A stretch of DNA of 64,000 nt from Octopus vulgaris. Lineage: Eukaryota. Below the pieces are notes generated by a model, which worked only from the letters and a program-made list of their open reading frames with translations, did not search any database and was not told the origin of the DNA. Positions within the stretch are counted from its first letter, which is position 1, and every line of letters starts with the position of its first letter. Where the stretch lies: assembly GCA_951406725.2 (NCBI GenBank), contig OX597815.1, positions 130,200,001-130,264,000 on the forward strand, read 5' to 3'. Made by a program: the position numbers and the translations under genes. Below, piece by piece: positions 1 to 14,227 of the stretch.

Positions 1-42
1 TATATATGTATATATATGTATATAGATATGTTTATATACATT

Positions 43-79
<37 letters not shown>

Positions 80-1109
80 GTTTATTCACATACATATATA
101 TAGTATCTCTTGCTTGCGTGTACGACTGCTCTGGTGAGTTTAGCTCTACGTCAGTTATCTTCATCCAGTCTACCTCCCGTGTAATGGTTTCCTTACTATT
201 ATACTTAGTCGTATTACTGGCTACGATATACAGAGCAAATATATATATATAGCGCATGCGGGCGCGTGCACATACACACACACATGCGGTGTCCCAGCAT
301 GGCCGCAGTCAAATGAGTGAAGCAAGAAAATATCTGTATATCATATATATATATATGTTTGTAATAACGAAGTACTCAATACAAAAATAGAGTGTAATTG
401 TTATTTAGACTAATCCATTGGCTTATTATTCTGATGCATGGCCACTTCTTCAAGCAACAGAAGACATACAGACAATGCACTCGCGCTTGCGCATCTGTAT
501 TATGTGTGTGAGTGAGTGTGTGTACCTTTATAATGGTCAATATTTAATTATGGGTTGCGCTGTCTTAGGTTTTTCTATAATCGAGTGAAGCCATCTTTGT
601 TATTTTATATTCACGTTCATAAGCTTATTTTCAGCATAACTCTGCATAATATATAATCAGTTTTTGGTGTAGTATTTTCGTCCTTGAATGTATATATGTG
701 TTTATTTTTTTCTTTCTTTTCTAGAATGATTTCAGGTAGAATTTTACCATGAACAAAGCCGAAACAACAAAAATAAAAGTAATTACATACGAAACTAAAT
801 TGTATAAAAGAAAATTTGCAATGCATTCATATGTAGACCTATGTTCTGTGCACCTTCCGATATGTAAAGTTCTTTGTACTGCTATCCCTTAACGTAAAAA
901 GAAAAGAAAAAAGTGCAAAAAGAAAGTAAAAATGCAAAACAAAATGTTAAGTAACAAAAAATATATAACCGAAAAATAAAAAAATAAATATACATTAACA
1001 ACGTAACAGCATTATTATTATATTAATATGTAACATATATCCGGCAACAGAAACCTGAGCAATATATATGTAAATGTCGAACGATGAGGTGAGTGTTGAA
1101 CAGCGCATT

Positions 1110-1110
1110 A

Positions 1111-1191
<81 letters not shown>

Positions 1192-1285
1192 GTCTGTCTG
1201 TATGTCTGTCTGTCTCTCTGTCTGTCTGTCTGTGTATGTATGTATGTATGTATGCATGTATGTATGCATGCATGTATGTATGTAT

Positions 1286-1336
<51 letters not shown>

Positions 1337-1468
1337 TGCATGCATATATATATGAACTTATGTGTGCGTATATATACGTTTATGTACGTAAAATGTAAAT
1401 ATATAATATATCGTATAATATAACTACAAATATATATATATGTATATATGGGTGTGTGTATGTATATA

Positions 1469-1504
<36 letters not shown>

Positions 1505-1725
1505 TGTATGTATGCATGTATGTACGTATATATATATGTACGTATATATATATATATATAACTACTTTCGTATATATATGAATAATAATATATGTGGATA
1601 TATATGTATATGTCTATATATACATATACATATATGTATATATCTATGTATATGTACATGTATATATACACACGCACGCACACACGCACACACGCATACA
1701 CGCACACACGCACTCACATATATGT
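1110..1725. repeat. Compound microsatellite (TATC)n/(TGTC)n/(TATG)n/(TAGA)n/(TA)n
   Basis: Tetra- and dinucleotide arrays seen directly; they explain the YLSI/MYVC-type ORFs. Confidence 0.95.
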
Positions 1726-2312
1726 AGGTAGTTATATATGTATGTATATAGATGCCATGGAAGTCGTTATCGCGTTTTCATAGACTCATCAGTGTCCAAG
1801 AGAAACATAATCAGATACTAATAAGTCAAAATGGATTATTATGATGTGGTACCACCTCCGCAATTGCTTGAATAGACATGGTTATAACTATTATTTCTCG
1901 CTATCGACTTATTTCAATGCACAGTAACGAGATAGTGAACAAAATGCTGGAAGGTTGGTCTGTTTCTAACATTTAGCAATCCACACACCGAACCTCACCA
2001 GCCCCACAACCACCATTGCCACCACCACTGTCATCACTAATATCTCCTCCACTGTCAGCACCATCACTACCATCACCATTATTAGCACCCATGTTGAATC
2101 GGTAAAGTCGTTCTTATAAGTTTTTACTATTTAGTATAGTACGCTGCATGAAGATCACAGTATCTCATCCTTGTTTCATTTTAATCACTAATACACATTT
2201 GTCGCAGCATACATGCATACGCACATACAAACATACATACATACATTCATACATACATACATACATACACACACACACATATATACATACATACATACAT
2301 ACATACATACAT

Positions 2313-2355
<43 letters not shown>

Positions 2356-2357
2356 TA

Positions 2358-2777
2358 CATCCCTGTGTTTATTGGGACCCTGGGATATGTAACACACTAA
2401 ATACCAATCTTGAGCAATTAGGCTTCTCAAAACCAGAAAGGAGAAAGCTAATTTGAAGACTATACATCCAATCCATCACTGGAAGTATAAAAATCTGTAA
2501 AACTTTCCAGAAGTTTAGCAGTTGAATATATATGAGTATATTTAGATATGCAACTATATGCATGAGAATACATACATAAAGCAAAACATACAAATCAGCA
2601 CACATACATACATACACACACACATACATACATACATACATACATACATACATACATACAAACAAAAAGTACCCTGTTGTTGATGTTGAAATTCCAGTGA
2701 AGGAGACTTGGATCTAGGTTAGAAACCGGCTCTTTCCCTATTGGCACGAAATTTTGAAATAAACTGAACAATGACAT
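2358..2777 (+). mobile_element. 3' end of RLE-type non-LTR retrotransposon (CATA-associated family)
   Basis: Translates with stops/frameshift as IPVFIGTLGYVT..NLEQLGFSKPERRKLI*RLYIQSITGSIKICKTFQKF*; 3'UTR contains (CATA)n; same family as 20305-22230. Confidence 0.75.
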
Positions 2778-2828
2778 TTAAATACACAACACCAATGTAT
2801 ATATATAAATACACCAGAATAATGTGTA

Positions 2829-2869
<41 letters not shown>

Positions 2870-2954
2870 TTCCCAGTGAGACAGCATGTAGCATAAATTG
2901 ATTATCACTGTTTTCACGCTTTCTCTTTTTCTTTTTACTTTTACTTTTATTAAA

Positions 2955-3016
2955 TTTTTCGCTGTGATGAAGTTCCGCGATACAAATTGGTATAATTAAT
3001 TACTTACAATGATAAC

Positions 3017-3098
<82 letters not shown>

Positions 3099-3180
3099 GT
3101 TATTATTATTATTATTATTATCATTATTATTGTGGTGGTTAAGCCTGGGAATCGTGCTAACAGAAACAGCTGTAAGTTGA
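2955..3180 (+). ncRNA. Degenerate hammerhead-like motif split by (ATT)n
   Basis: GTGATGA-A-GTTCCGCGAT at 2964 and ATCGTGCTAAC-A-GAAA-CAGCTG-TA-AGTTGA at 3151-3180; core C3 mutated, stem I imperfect. Confidence 0.4.
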
Positions 3181-3580
3181 GATTCTGTCTTTTTGAAATT
3201 AATAAATGATGGTTGGTGTAAATCAATTGTTATTCATCAATTTTATCTCAATTTTCTGTTTTCCTTGATTATTAATAAACTTCCGTTCATTCTTGTCATT
3301 ACCTATCGTTTATGAGCATTAATACAAATGCTCATGATCAAATAAGGTAATACACCATATGATTCATTCGATACAAGTATCCCTTAGACGGTTGTTATAG
3401 CCTCTAACTTAACACACCTATATTTGACTGGGGCCATGCTGGAGCACCACACTCCCACACCTGTGTGTGTGTGTGTGAGTGTAGCGCATTGATCACTGAT
3501 TGGTATCATCAGCAAGAAAAGTAAATCACTCAGTTCAGTGAGAATGAAATGTCATTTGATGAATTCAGGAGTTATACTGG

Positions 3581-3707
3581 AGCTACTTCAAGTTTCATCG
3601 TCGAAATTGCAGTATTTGGAAGTTCTTCTACAGTGCACAGTGTATGAGACAAAATCTCAGAGCGCATGCGAAAATTGCACTTCGCGAGCATGAAACTTGA
3701 AGTAGCT
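3581..3707. mobile_element. Small MITE-like hairpin with 18-bp perfect terminal inverted repeats
   Basis: AGCTACTTCAAGTTTCAT ... ATGAAACTTGAAGTAGCT; no clear TSD. Confidence 0.5.
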
Positions 3708-3751
3708 GATGTATTTATAACACAGACACACACACACACACGCACACTTGA

Positions 3752-4080
3752 CTGTGTGGCTAGAGCACCGCGCTAACAATCACGGAGTAGTGAGTTCGAT
3801 TCCCTGACCGGGATGTGTATTGTATTCTTGAACAAGACACTTTATCGCGCATTGTTTCAGTTCACTCAGCTGTAGAAATAAGTTGCGACGTCACTGGTGC
3901 CAAGCTGTATTGGGCTTTACCTATCTCTTGGATAACATCAGTGGCGTGGAGACAGGAGACTGGTATTCATGGGCGACTGCTGGTCTTCCATAAACAACCT
4001 TGTCCGTACTTGTGCCTCAGATGAGTCCCTTCTAAGTACAATCCCATGGTCATTCATAACCAAGGAGGTCTTTACTCTTT
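3752..4080 (+). mobile_element. tRNA-derived SINE, family C
   Basis: B-box GAGTTCGATTC, CORE-like TTCTTGAACAAGACACTT; homologous to 6179-6520. Confidence 0.8.
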
Positions 4081-4082
4081 TT

Positions 4083-4111
4083 GTATGTATGTATGTATGT
4101 ATGTATGTATG

Positions 4112-4209
<98 letters not shown>

Positions 4210-4517
4210 GTTGTTTCTCATTGCGGGAGATTGTTTCTCTTGTATGTAGTTGAATACTTAACATTAAATAACACAATAGATTTGCTTGGATTCGTGACTG
4301 CTGAAAAATATTCTTTCAAGAATTTCACAGAAAGATAGCATGTTTTCAGTTATTCCATCTTTCCGCCATTTTTTTTTTTTTTTTCGTTTTGCTTTGTTTT
4401 ACTTGCATTATAACATTTTTGACCGTCTGGTCATTCTTATGAACTTCTGGCTTCTAGCAAAACATTTCTTCTTGATTTTGTTTCTCTCTCTCTTATATAC
4501 ATACATACATACATACA

Positions 4518-4609
<92 letters not shown>

Positions 4610-4629
4610 TATATTATATATATATATAT

Positions 4630-4728
<99 letters not shown>

Positions 4729-4800
4729 TATGCATATATATACATATATATACATATATATACATATGTATATATATATACATATATATATATGTATGTA

Positions 4801-4850
<50 letters not shown>
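4083..4850. repeat. (TATG)n/(TA)n/(CATA)n microsatellite arrays with a short unique spacer
   Basis: Seen directly. Confidence 0.9.
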
Positions 4851-4852
<2 letters not shown>

Positions 4853-5204
4853 AGAGAGAGAAAAAGAAAGAGAGAATTGTGTGGATAAACAAGTTTGATA
4901 TACAATATATGTGTGTGTATAAATGCAAACAGAATGAACGCAAAGACTGAAAATGTTCAGGCGATGAATATTTAAGTATAAATATATAGATAATTATATT
5001 AATAAATCAAACTTACATAGATTACAAACGACAGAGAAGAGTAATGGGAATGAGGTATTATAAGTCTAGGACTTGCCAAACTTACACAGAGTAAGTTTAA
5101 TTTGTTAATATATAAATATCTATATAAATATACTTAAATATTCCTCGTCTGATAATCTTCAGTTTTTGCTTTCTTTCTTTTTATTATGTATACATGTATC
5201 GCAG

Positions 5205-5673
5205 ATGTACGTGCAGTTTTGAGGGGAAATCGTCGAATCATCAACCATGAGTTATCAGATGATATGCAGACTATTTACGGTTCAGTTCAGTCCATTATCA
5301 ACTGAAGATTTGGGTATGAGACGTGTGTCTGCCAAGTTTGTGCCAAAACTGCTTTCAGATGACCAAAAAAGACACTCGGATCTTGACTGTGTCGAGAACG
5401 ATGAAAACTTTTTGAAAACTTTGTGTAGGCCTCTGACCAAGTATCGCCAAGCTTTTGGCAAAATTTGATGCAGATTTGATGCAGATTCAACTTTCTGTAT
5501 CATGCTCAATGCGACGAACACACGCTACATACGTTACTTCCAAGTAGAAGTCAGCTAAGCTTAGTGCACATGTACAGCAGAGTTCCATGTCAAACTGTTT
5601 CAAGCAGCTTTACTCTGTGTGCTTTAGCTTCGTTACTATGGTTACAGTCCGGATACTTATTGATCAGACTACG
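5205..5673. mobile_element. Mariner transposon relic with internal inversion
   Basis: Plus strand TEDLGMRRVSAKFVPKLLSDDQK (WVPHEL-equivalent motif); minus strand TIR-like CGTAGTCTGATCAATAAGTATCCGG followed by N-terminal ICIKFCQKLGDTWSEAY. Confidence 0.75.
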
Positions 5674-5681
5674 TGTAAATA

Positions 5682-5718
<37 letters not shown>

Positions 5719-5824
5719 TTTAATCCAAACGGGAAAACAGAAAAAACAACAACACGTGGAACAATTACAGTATTATTATTAATAGGCGCTCAGGAAGGAT
5801 GGAAGCAGGAAGATGTATGTGTGT

Positions 5825-5875
<51 letters not shown>

Positions 5876-5888
5876 TGTGTGTGTGTGT

Positions 5889-6136
5889 GGAGGCGCGTGG
5901 CTTAGTGGTTAGGGTGTCAGCATCATGATCGTAAGATTGTGGTTTCGATTCCTGGACCGCGCGACACGTTGTGTTCTTGAGCAAAACACTTCATTTCACG
6001 TTGCTCCAGTCCACTCAGCTGGCAAAAATGAGTAACGCTGCGATGGACTGGCGTCCCGTCCTGCTGGGGTACACATACGCCATAGAAACCGGGAAACCGG
6101 GCCCATGAGCCTGGCTAGGCTTTAAAACGGCACATT

Positions 6137-6140
<4 letters not shown>
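5889..6140 (+). mobile_element. tRNA-derived SINE, family C variant with a different tail
   Basis: A-box TGGCTTAGTGG, B-box GGTTTCGATTCC, shared core GTTGTGTTCTTGAGCAAAACACTT. Confidence 0.8.
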
Positions 6141-6178
<38 letters not shown>

Positions 6179-6179
<1 letters not shown>

Positions 6180-6520
6180 AAGGCGCATGGCTCAGTAGTT
6201 AGAGCGTCGAGCTTACGATCGTGAGGTTGTGAGCTCCAATCCCGGACCGGGCTGCGTGTTGTGTTCTCGAGCAAGGCACTTTATTTCACGTTGCTCCAGT
6301 TCACTCAGCTGTAGAAATGAGTTGCGACGTCACAGGTGCCAAGCTGTATCGACCTTTGTCTTTCCCTTGGATAACACTGGTGGCGTGGAGAGGGGAGGCT
6401 GGTATGCATGGGCGACTGCTATCCTTCTATAAACAACCTTGCCCGGACTTGTGTCTAGGAGGGTAACTTTCTAGGTGCAATCCCATGGTCATTCATGACC
6501 GAAGGGGGTCTTTACCTTTT
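6179..6520 (+). mobile_element. tRNA-derived SINE, family C
   Basis: tRNA head GGCGCATGGCTCAGTAGTTAGAGCG; homologous to 3752-4080. Confidence 0.85.
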
Positions 6521-6540
6521 TATATATATATATATATATA

Positions 6541-6843
6541 TCACCGTCACCACCGTGACTGTGACCGACCAGGCTATCAGATGTTGTTACACATCGCTAG
6601 TCACAATGCGCTTCGCATTGTTTCAGCCTTCAAATGACGCCACCCAGCTGGCTAAGCGAGCAGGCCAGCAGAAGCAAGAGTGAGAGAAAGTTGTGGCTAA
6701 AGAGTACAGAAGCGATCGCCACCACCCCTTGCCGGAGCCTCGTGGAACTTTAGGTGTTTTCGCTCACAATGCCCCGTCTGGGAATCGAAACCGCGATCCT
6801 ACAACCGCGAGTCCGCTGCCCTAACCACTGGGCCATTGCGTCT

Positions 6844-6846
<3 letters not shown>
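6541..6846 (-). mobile_element. tRNA-derived SINE, family E
   Basis: Minus-strand head TGGCCCAGTGGTTAGGG...GGTTTCGATTCCC; tail shared with 63687-63960. Confidence 0.8.
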
Positions 6847-6889
<43 letters not shown>

Positions 6890-6899
6890 GTATGTATTA

Positions 6900-7302
6900 C
6901 TCTCTTTTACTTGTTTCAGTCATTTGATTGTGGCCATGCTGGAGCACCACCTTTTTAGTCAAGCAAATCGACCCCAGGACTTATTTTTTGTAAGCCTAGT
7001 ACTTATTCTATCGGTCTCTTTTGCCGAACCGCTAAGTTACGGGGACGTAAACACACCAGCATCGGTTGTCATGCAATGCAAGGGGAACAAACACAGACAC
7101 ACAAACACATACACACACATATATATATATACATATATACGACAGGCTTCTTTCAGTTTCCGTCTACCAAAACCACTCACAAGGCTTTGGTCGGCCCTAG
7201 GCTATAGTAGAAGGCACTTGCCCAAGGTGCCACGCAGTGGGACTGAACCCGGAACCATGTGGTTCGTAAGCAAGCTACTTACCACACAGTCACTCCTACG
7301 CC
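6900..7302 (-). mobile_element. SINE family A (internal TA/TG microsatellite)
   Basis: Matches the other copies of GGCGYAGGAGTGGCTGTGTGGTAAG...GACTGAAACAAGTAAAAGA. Confidence 0.9.
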
Positions 7303-7519
7303 TATGTATACCAAACCCAAGCAATTATATTTAATTCGTTCATCCGCATAATTGTTTCCATACCTGCTCATCTTGATTCCTCTTATATTCATTTTTTAGC
7401 CGGCAGAATTGGCCCCTCGCAAAAACATCGGAATCTAAGTTCGAATCATTTGAGCTCTACCAAGTGTTTTCTATACTAATAATCTCTGGATCTCATATGT
7501 TGGCTATACATACATATTA

Positions 7520-7800
7520 TGGACTCTCCTGTCGTTAGACGACGTATGAGGGTTCGGCAATTTCTTGCCGAACAACCACACATGATTTGTTTATAGTAAT
7601 CATCAAATGTTTGTGCATACATAAGCTCGTTCCCTCCATCAAATCGGCATTACCTGTACAGGTACACCGTGTGCCACAAATCAGATGACGAAATAAGGTA
7701 CTTTGCTCAAGAACACAACGCAATGCTCTGTCTGGGAATCGAACCCACGATCTCGCAATCATAAGTGCAACACCCTGACTACTTAGCTATATACCTTCAC
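7520..7800 (-). mobile_element. tRNA-derived SINE, decayed
   Basis: Minus-strand GGGTTCGATTCCC B-box and TGTGTTCTTGAGCAAAG core. Confidence 0.65.
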
Positions 7801-7918
7801 ACACACATACACAGTGAGAGAGTGAGAGAGAGTAAGATAATCATATAACCATATAGGCACGCATATGTATGTGTATAAAGGTGTGTCTATATTATATATT
7901 ATTTCATCTTATATTATA

Positions 7919-8314
7919 CTAGCATTATCGCCCGGCATTGCTCGGGTTTGTACGGGAAATAACTATATAAGCATTTTTAGAGAGTTATAGCCAAAAAATA
8001 GCAAAAAAATGCATTAAAAATGGAAAAAAAATTATGGTAAATTAAAAAAAAAATCTTTGACTCATCGTAGACATTTTTAGAGAGTTACTTCCCTTATATA
8101 ATATCGAAAAAATGCATTAAAATGGAAAAAATGATGGTAATTTTTTTTTTAAATCGTAGACTCATCGTAGACGCGCGCTAATACCCAGAAGGGCTCGATA
8201 TGAATCACGACTATAAGATACCCGGTTTTGGTTAAACTGCACCGCAAAATGTGGGAGTAGTTAGGAATCTAAATCGTAGGAGACAGACACACAACCTTAT
8301 TTTTATATAAAAAG
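7919..8314 (-). mobile_element. Non-autonomous Helitron
   Basis: Minus-strand 3' hairpin CCCGAGCAATGCCGGG then CTAG; homologous to 27300-27816. Confidence 0.8.
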
Positions 8315-8623
8315 GTTATGCTATATTATATATTACATAGGGTAAATAGAAGCAAAATAAAAAGCATAAAAATTTTAAGTGTTTCTATGTTACAAATAAT
8401 AAAATCAAGGAGAGTTTTTGCCGAGAAATCTCCCGGTACCTTTCTAGTGTATCTGTATTATTAGAAATTTATAGGAACAATTTATAATGTTTATTAATGC
8501 ATGTGCAAACACTGCAATTGGAAATGAAAAATATCTAAATAAGTTGTGAATATATTTTGAAGTAATCTTCTCTTCAAATTATATTATCTGTGTACAGGCA
8601 TTATCTATCTAACTATTTGTCTG

Positions 8624-8710
<87 letters not shown>

Positions 8711-9561
8711 GTCTGTCTGTCTTACTGTCTGTCTGCGTGTATATATGTGTGCATGAATGTGCACACGCTTACATATATAACTTATGTATGTATGTATGTA
8801 TGTATGTATGTATGTATGTATGTATGTATGTATGTATGTATGTATGTATGTGTATGTATGTATGTATATATGTATATATGTGTGTATGTGTGTGTGTATG
8901 CGTATATGTATATATATGTGTGTGTGTGTGTGTGTGTGAGTCTATGTGTGGAAATTTCCTTTGTGTGATTGTTTATATGTTTCTGTGTATGTGTGAATAT
9001 GCTTGTGACCGTGTGTGTGCATGTGTGCGTGTGTGTGTGTGTGTTTTTTTTTTTTCTTCCATTGTACGACTGTGAGTGTAAGTGTTTCACATTGAAGCTC
9101 CTCGTGCATCTTTGAATATTTCACTTATTTCATTTTTTTACTCCTGAATTTGATGTAAAGGCATTTGTGTTTGCGTTACAACTACCACCACTCCTCTATC
9201 GACCGCCACATCCTCCTACTTCCGATGCAGCCATCTTCCAATGTGTAACAGATAATGCAAAAATTTATGCGAATGTAAAATGTTTTAAAATGTTAGAGTC
9301 AAATCTCAGAACCGTCTTGTTATACTATTGATAAATCTTCTCTTATTGAAAGAAAAAAGAAAGAAAAAAAGAAGCAACATAACATTTTATTATCCAGGCA
9401 ATGCGACAAAAAGGACTTTACTTGGAGAACTCTCTTGCCAACATCCGTTCGCTTCGACATAAAAGAACAACAGAACAGGAATTAAAATAATGATGACTTC
9501 TTTCATTCTTTTAGTATTTCTTTCATAATAATGATGATGATGATGATAATGATGATTATGA

Positions 9562-9959
<398 letters not shown>

Positions 9960-9982
9960 TGATGATGATGATGATGATGATG

Positions 9983-10046
<64 letters not shown>

Positions 10047-10060
10047 TGATGATGATAATA

Positions 10061-10728
<668 letters not shown>

Positions 10729-10755
10729 TAATAATAGATTAACAAAATTATTTTT

Positions 10756-10796
10756 TGAACCTGGTGAAGACACACGAGATGTCGAAATATCGTTCA
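10756..10796 (+). ncRNA. Minimal type I hammerhead ribozyme (PLE-type) with one core substitution
   Basis: TGAAC-CTGGTGA-A-GACA-cacgaga-TGTC-GAAA-TA-TC-GTTCA; stems I and II perfect, core A6>G. Confidence 0.7.
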
Positions 10797-10832
10797 CTTG
10801 ATTACTATGGCACTCTTCTTTTAATTTTGACT

Positions 10833-10889
<57 letters not shown>

Positions 10890-10910
10890 TTAATAATAAT
10901 AATAATAATA

Positions 10911-11271
<361 letters not shown>

Positions 11272-12332
11272 TTAATAATAACAACAACAACAATAATAAT
11301 AAAAGTAGTGCAGTGCAGTACAGCTAGCTGTCATTCTAATGTACTGGAATGTTTGTCAAGTTTGTCGATTCGAAACGACGGAAAAATATTACCACGAGCC
11401 AAAGGTTATGAGAACGAATGATGATTAGTGTTATGGGATGTTTATCATAAAGACTGACTATACTGTTAAAATAAGGAGACCAATGTGATCATAGAAGACT
11501 GAAAAAAAAAGAAACATAGATTTTAAAATACCATATTATTGTAGATGGAATATCAATGGTGTTAAGAAAACTGAGATCAAGAAATTGCGAAAGTCTTGGC
11601 GGAGAAGAATGCTTTCTTGTATGTATTTTGCACAAATCTTACGAAAGATTCTTCAAATTTGTTGCCGCAAAACCTTAGGATAACATTCCTCACAATCAAA
11701 TCAACATGTAATAGATTTTGTTATTATATAAATGATGATGATGATGATTATGATGGTTGTGGTTGTGGAGGTAGTGTGGTGGTGGTGATGAAACAAATTA
11801 TGTTGACTATGACAACGACGATGATGATGACAGTGATAACGATCAAGATGGTGATGATGGTTAATTTCGAGTATACACAATGCCAGAGAAAAAAAAAATG
11901 TTTTCGTGAATATTGAATTTTAATGAAATCATACGAAGATGTTCGCAGGCGTTCTTCTATTCATCTCATTTTTCAAATTAATTTCATTCCTCCCTCTCTT
12001 GAGTTTCATCATAAAAATAATGTCCAAAAGCTCAAAAATAAGCAGAAATTACATTTAAATCGGGTTTAAATTATTGATACGAAATTTTGTTTTGTTTTTC
12101 TTTTGTGCTTGATCTGTAATTGTTTTCGTTTTCTGTGTGAATTATTTACTCATGACTATTGGGTTAGCCGAGGCAGGAGTCTTCGTTAATAATTTCATTC
12201 ACAAATAATTTCTATTGTAGTTCCAGTGCAAATAAGTAACTTTAGCTTTTAGACTCCAGAGACAATAAAATATGCATTACGAAAATAATTTCAATCAAAT
12301 CTCTCTCTCCCTCCCTCTCTCTCTCTCTCTCT

Positions 12333-12364
<32 letters not shown>

Positions 12365-12461
12365 AACTAGATATGGTAGTGATGAGGATGATGTTGGTTA
12401 TGGCTATCATCTAAAGCTAATTTTCATCTGAAGCCTGATTGAACGGTCAAAGGCTGTGCAT

Positions 12462-12660
12462 TTTAACCGTTTGGCCCTATTCGGCCCAAATATTCGACCT
12501 GTTTTATGCTGAAACTGTTCAGATCCTACTTCTCGCACTTATCTTACAATGCCATTCAAAAAATAAACAATCTCGTTATCGAAATCTCAAAGCTACAAGA
12601 TAATTCACGACTAATTGAAAATAATGAATAAAAAAGGATTACATTTGACATTGTAATCTA
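12462..12660. mobile_element. Decayed piggyBac-like MITE fragment
   Basis: Starts TTAACC; resembles a repeat I recall from octopus DNA (from memory, not a search). Confidence 0.35.
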
Positions 12661-13141
12661 TATAATGTAGACGTCTTGACACCAAATAAAAGAGGACGTC
12701 CAAAAACATTTAGTGATTGGCATTCGTAGAACCAACAAGGGATACAGAGCCAAACAAATGTCTAGACAACATTATCAATGACCCACACCCCAGGAGGCAT
12801 AGTGGATGACTACAAAAGTGTACAAATATTTACAACACTCTTTCGTTTCACCACTTTCTTGTAAAGATATGGCACTTATATGTAGAGCAGCTAAAATTCT
12901 AAAACAATAGACGAAGGGTATTTAACAAGTAGAGTTGCTGGGGACGGGAATAAGTGAGGGTGGGGCCAGTAAAGTGGGGGTGAATGGGAGATGGGCGAGT
13001 GGGGTGGGAGGGGTCCGCACTGGGGGCAGTTTTAAGTGGAGGGAGTTTTGCCTTTGTCGTATAAGCCAGCTTGGAGGTTCCCCGAGGAGTCTGCGGCAAG
13101 CTCGTATGCTGCCCTGGGCGATAGAAGCTATATCACTGTAT

Positions 13142-13352
13142 TTAAACCCTTTTAATACCAACCCGGATGAAACCATCCTTAGTTCTATGGTGCAAAACCT
13201 ACTTTTAAAGTGATCAAAACTGAACCCTTCCATTAATGTTTCATGCTAATTTATGTCCCAAACACCAGTTAAATCATAACGGTAGCGTTAATAAATTCTT
13301 CCGTATTGTCAAAATAAATTGGAACTCGAAGACCATGTGTTTTAAGGCTTAA
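13142..13352. mobile_element. Decayed piggyBac-like MITE
   Basis: TTAAACCCTTT start and AAGGCTTAA end, resembling TTAA-CCC termini. Confidence 0.4.
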
Positions 13353-13454
13353 TTTCACTATATTTTCTTAGGTTTCTCATAAATTTCTATCAACCTTGAT
13401 AGGTGAAAAATGTTGAAAATTATTTCGTAATATCAATAGATTTAAAGTAGTGAA

Positions 13455-13858
13455 CAGGAGTGGCTGTGTGGTAAGTACCTTGCTTACTAACCACATAGTC
13501 CTGGGTTCAGTCCCACTCTGAGATATCTTGGGCAAGTGTGTTCTACTATAGCCTCGGGCCGACCAAAGTTTTGTGAGTGGATTTGATAGACGGAAACTAA
13601 AAGAAGCCCGTTGTATATAAATATGTGTGTGTGTGCGTGTGTGTATGTTTGTATGCCTGTGTTCGTCCCCCACCAACATCGCTTGACAACCGATGCTGGT
13701 GTGTTTACGTCCCTGTAACTTAGTGGTTGGGCAAAAGACACTGATAGAATAGGTACTTGGCTTACAAAGAATAAGTCATGGGGTCAATTTATTAGACTAA
13801 ATGCGGTGCTCTAGCATGGCCGCAGCCAAGACTGAAGCAAATGAAAAAGTAAAAGAAT
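13455..13858 (+). mobile_element. SINE family A
   Basis: Homology to other copies. Confidence 0.9.
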
Positions 13859-13914
13859 AAACATTAATTTTACTTCAACGTTTACAGGACGAAATCTTCA
13901 CACTATTCTCTAAC

Positions 13915-14120
13915 ATTCTTTTCTACTCTAGGCACAAGGCCCGAAATTTTGGGGGAGGTTGGAGTCCAGTCGATTAGATCGACCCCAGAACGCAACTGGT
14001 ATTTAATTTATCGACCCCGAAAGGATGAAACGCAAAGTCGACCTCGGCGGAATTTGAACTCAGAACGTAAAGACAGGCAAAATAATGCTAAGTATTTCGC
14101 CCGGCATGCTAACGTTTCTC
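13915..14120 (-). mobile_element. SINE family B
   Basis: Core GAGTTCAAATTCCGCCGAGGTCGACTTTGC..CATCCTTTCGGGGTCGATAAA; flanking duplication TTCTCTAACATT. Confidence 0.85.
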
Positions 14121-14227
14121 TAACATTAAATGCAATTGATGGATTTCATTTTCAGTTTGCCACACACTATCTTGACTAGTATCTTTTGACTGATAAATTA
14201 TATAAAGTATCTAACACTTTATTTTTT

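Noticed and set aside
1110-1335. (TATC)n followed by (TAGA)n forming a potential hairpin
   Set aside because: Strand switches in compound microsatellites recur in this window; no sign of function.
1763-1797. Minus-strand CTGATGAGTCTATGAAAACGCG
   Set aside because: Stem II is incomplete and stem I absent; at most a decayed relic.
6179-6250. tRNA-like sequences at SINE heads (also 5889, 6846, 40152, 62957)
   Set aside because: Acceptor stems are broken and each continues into a repeated SINE body; not tRNA genes.
12922-13233. Overlapping ~100-aa ORFs on both strands
   Set aside because: They span a G-rich tract and a MITE boundary; no recognisable motif.
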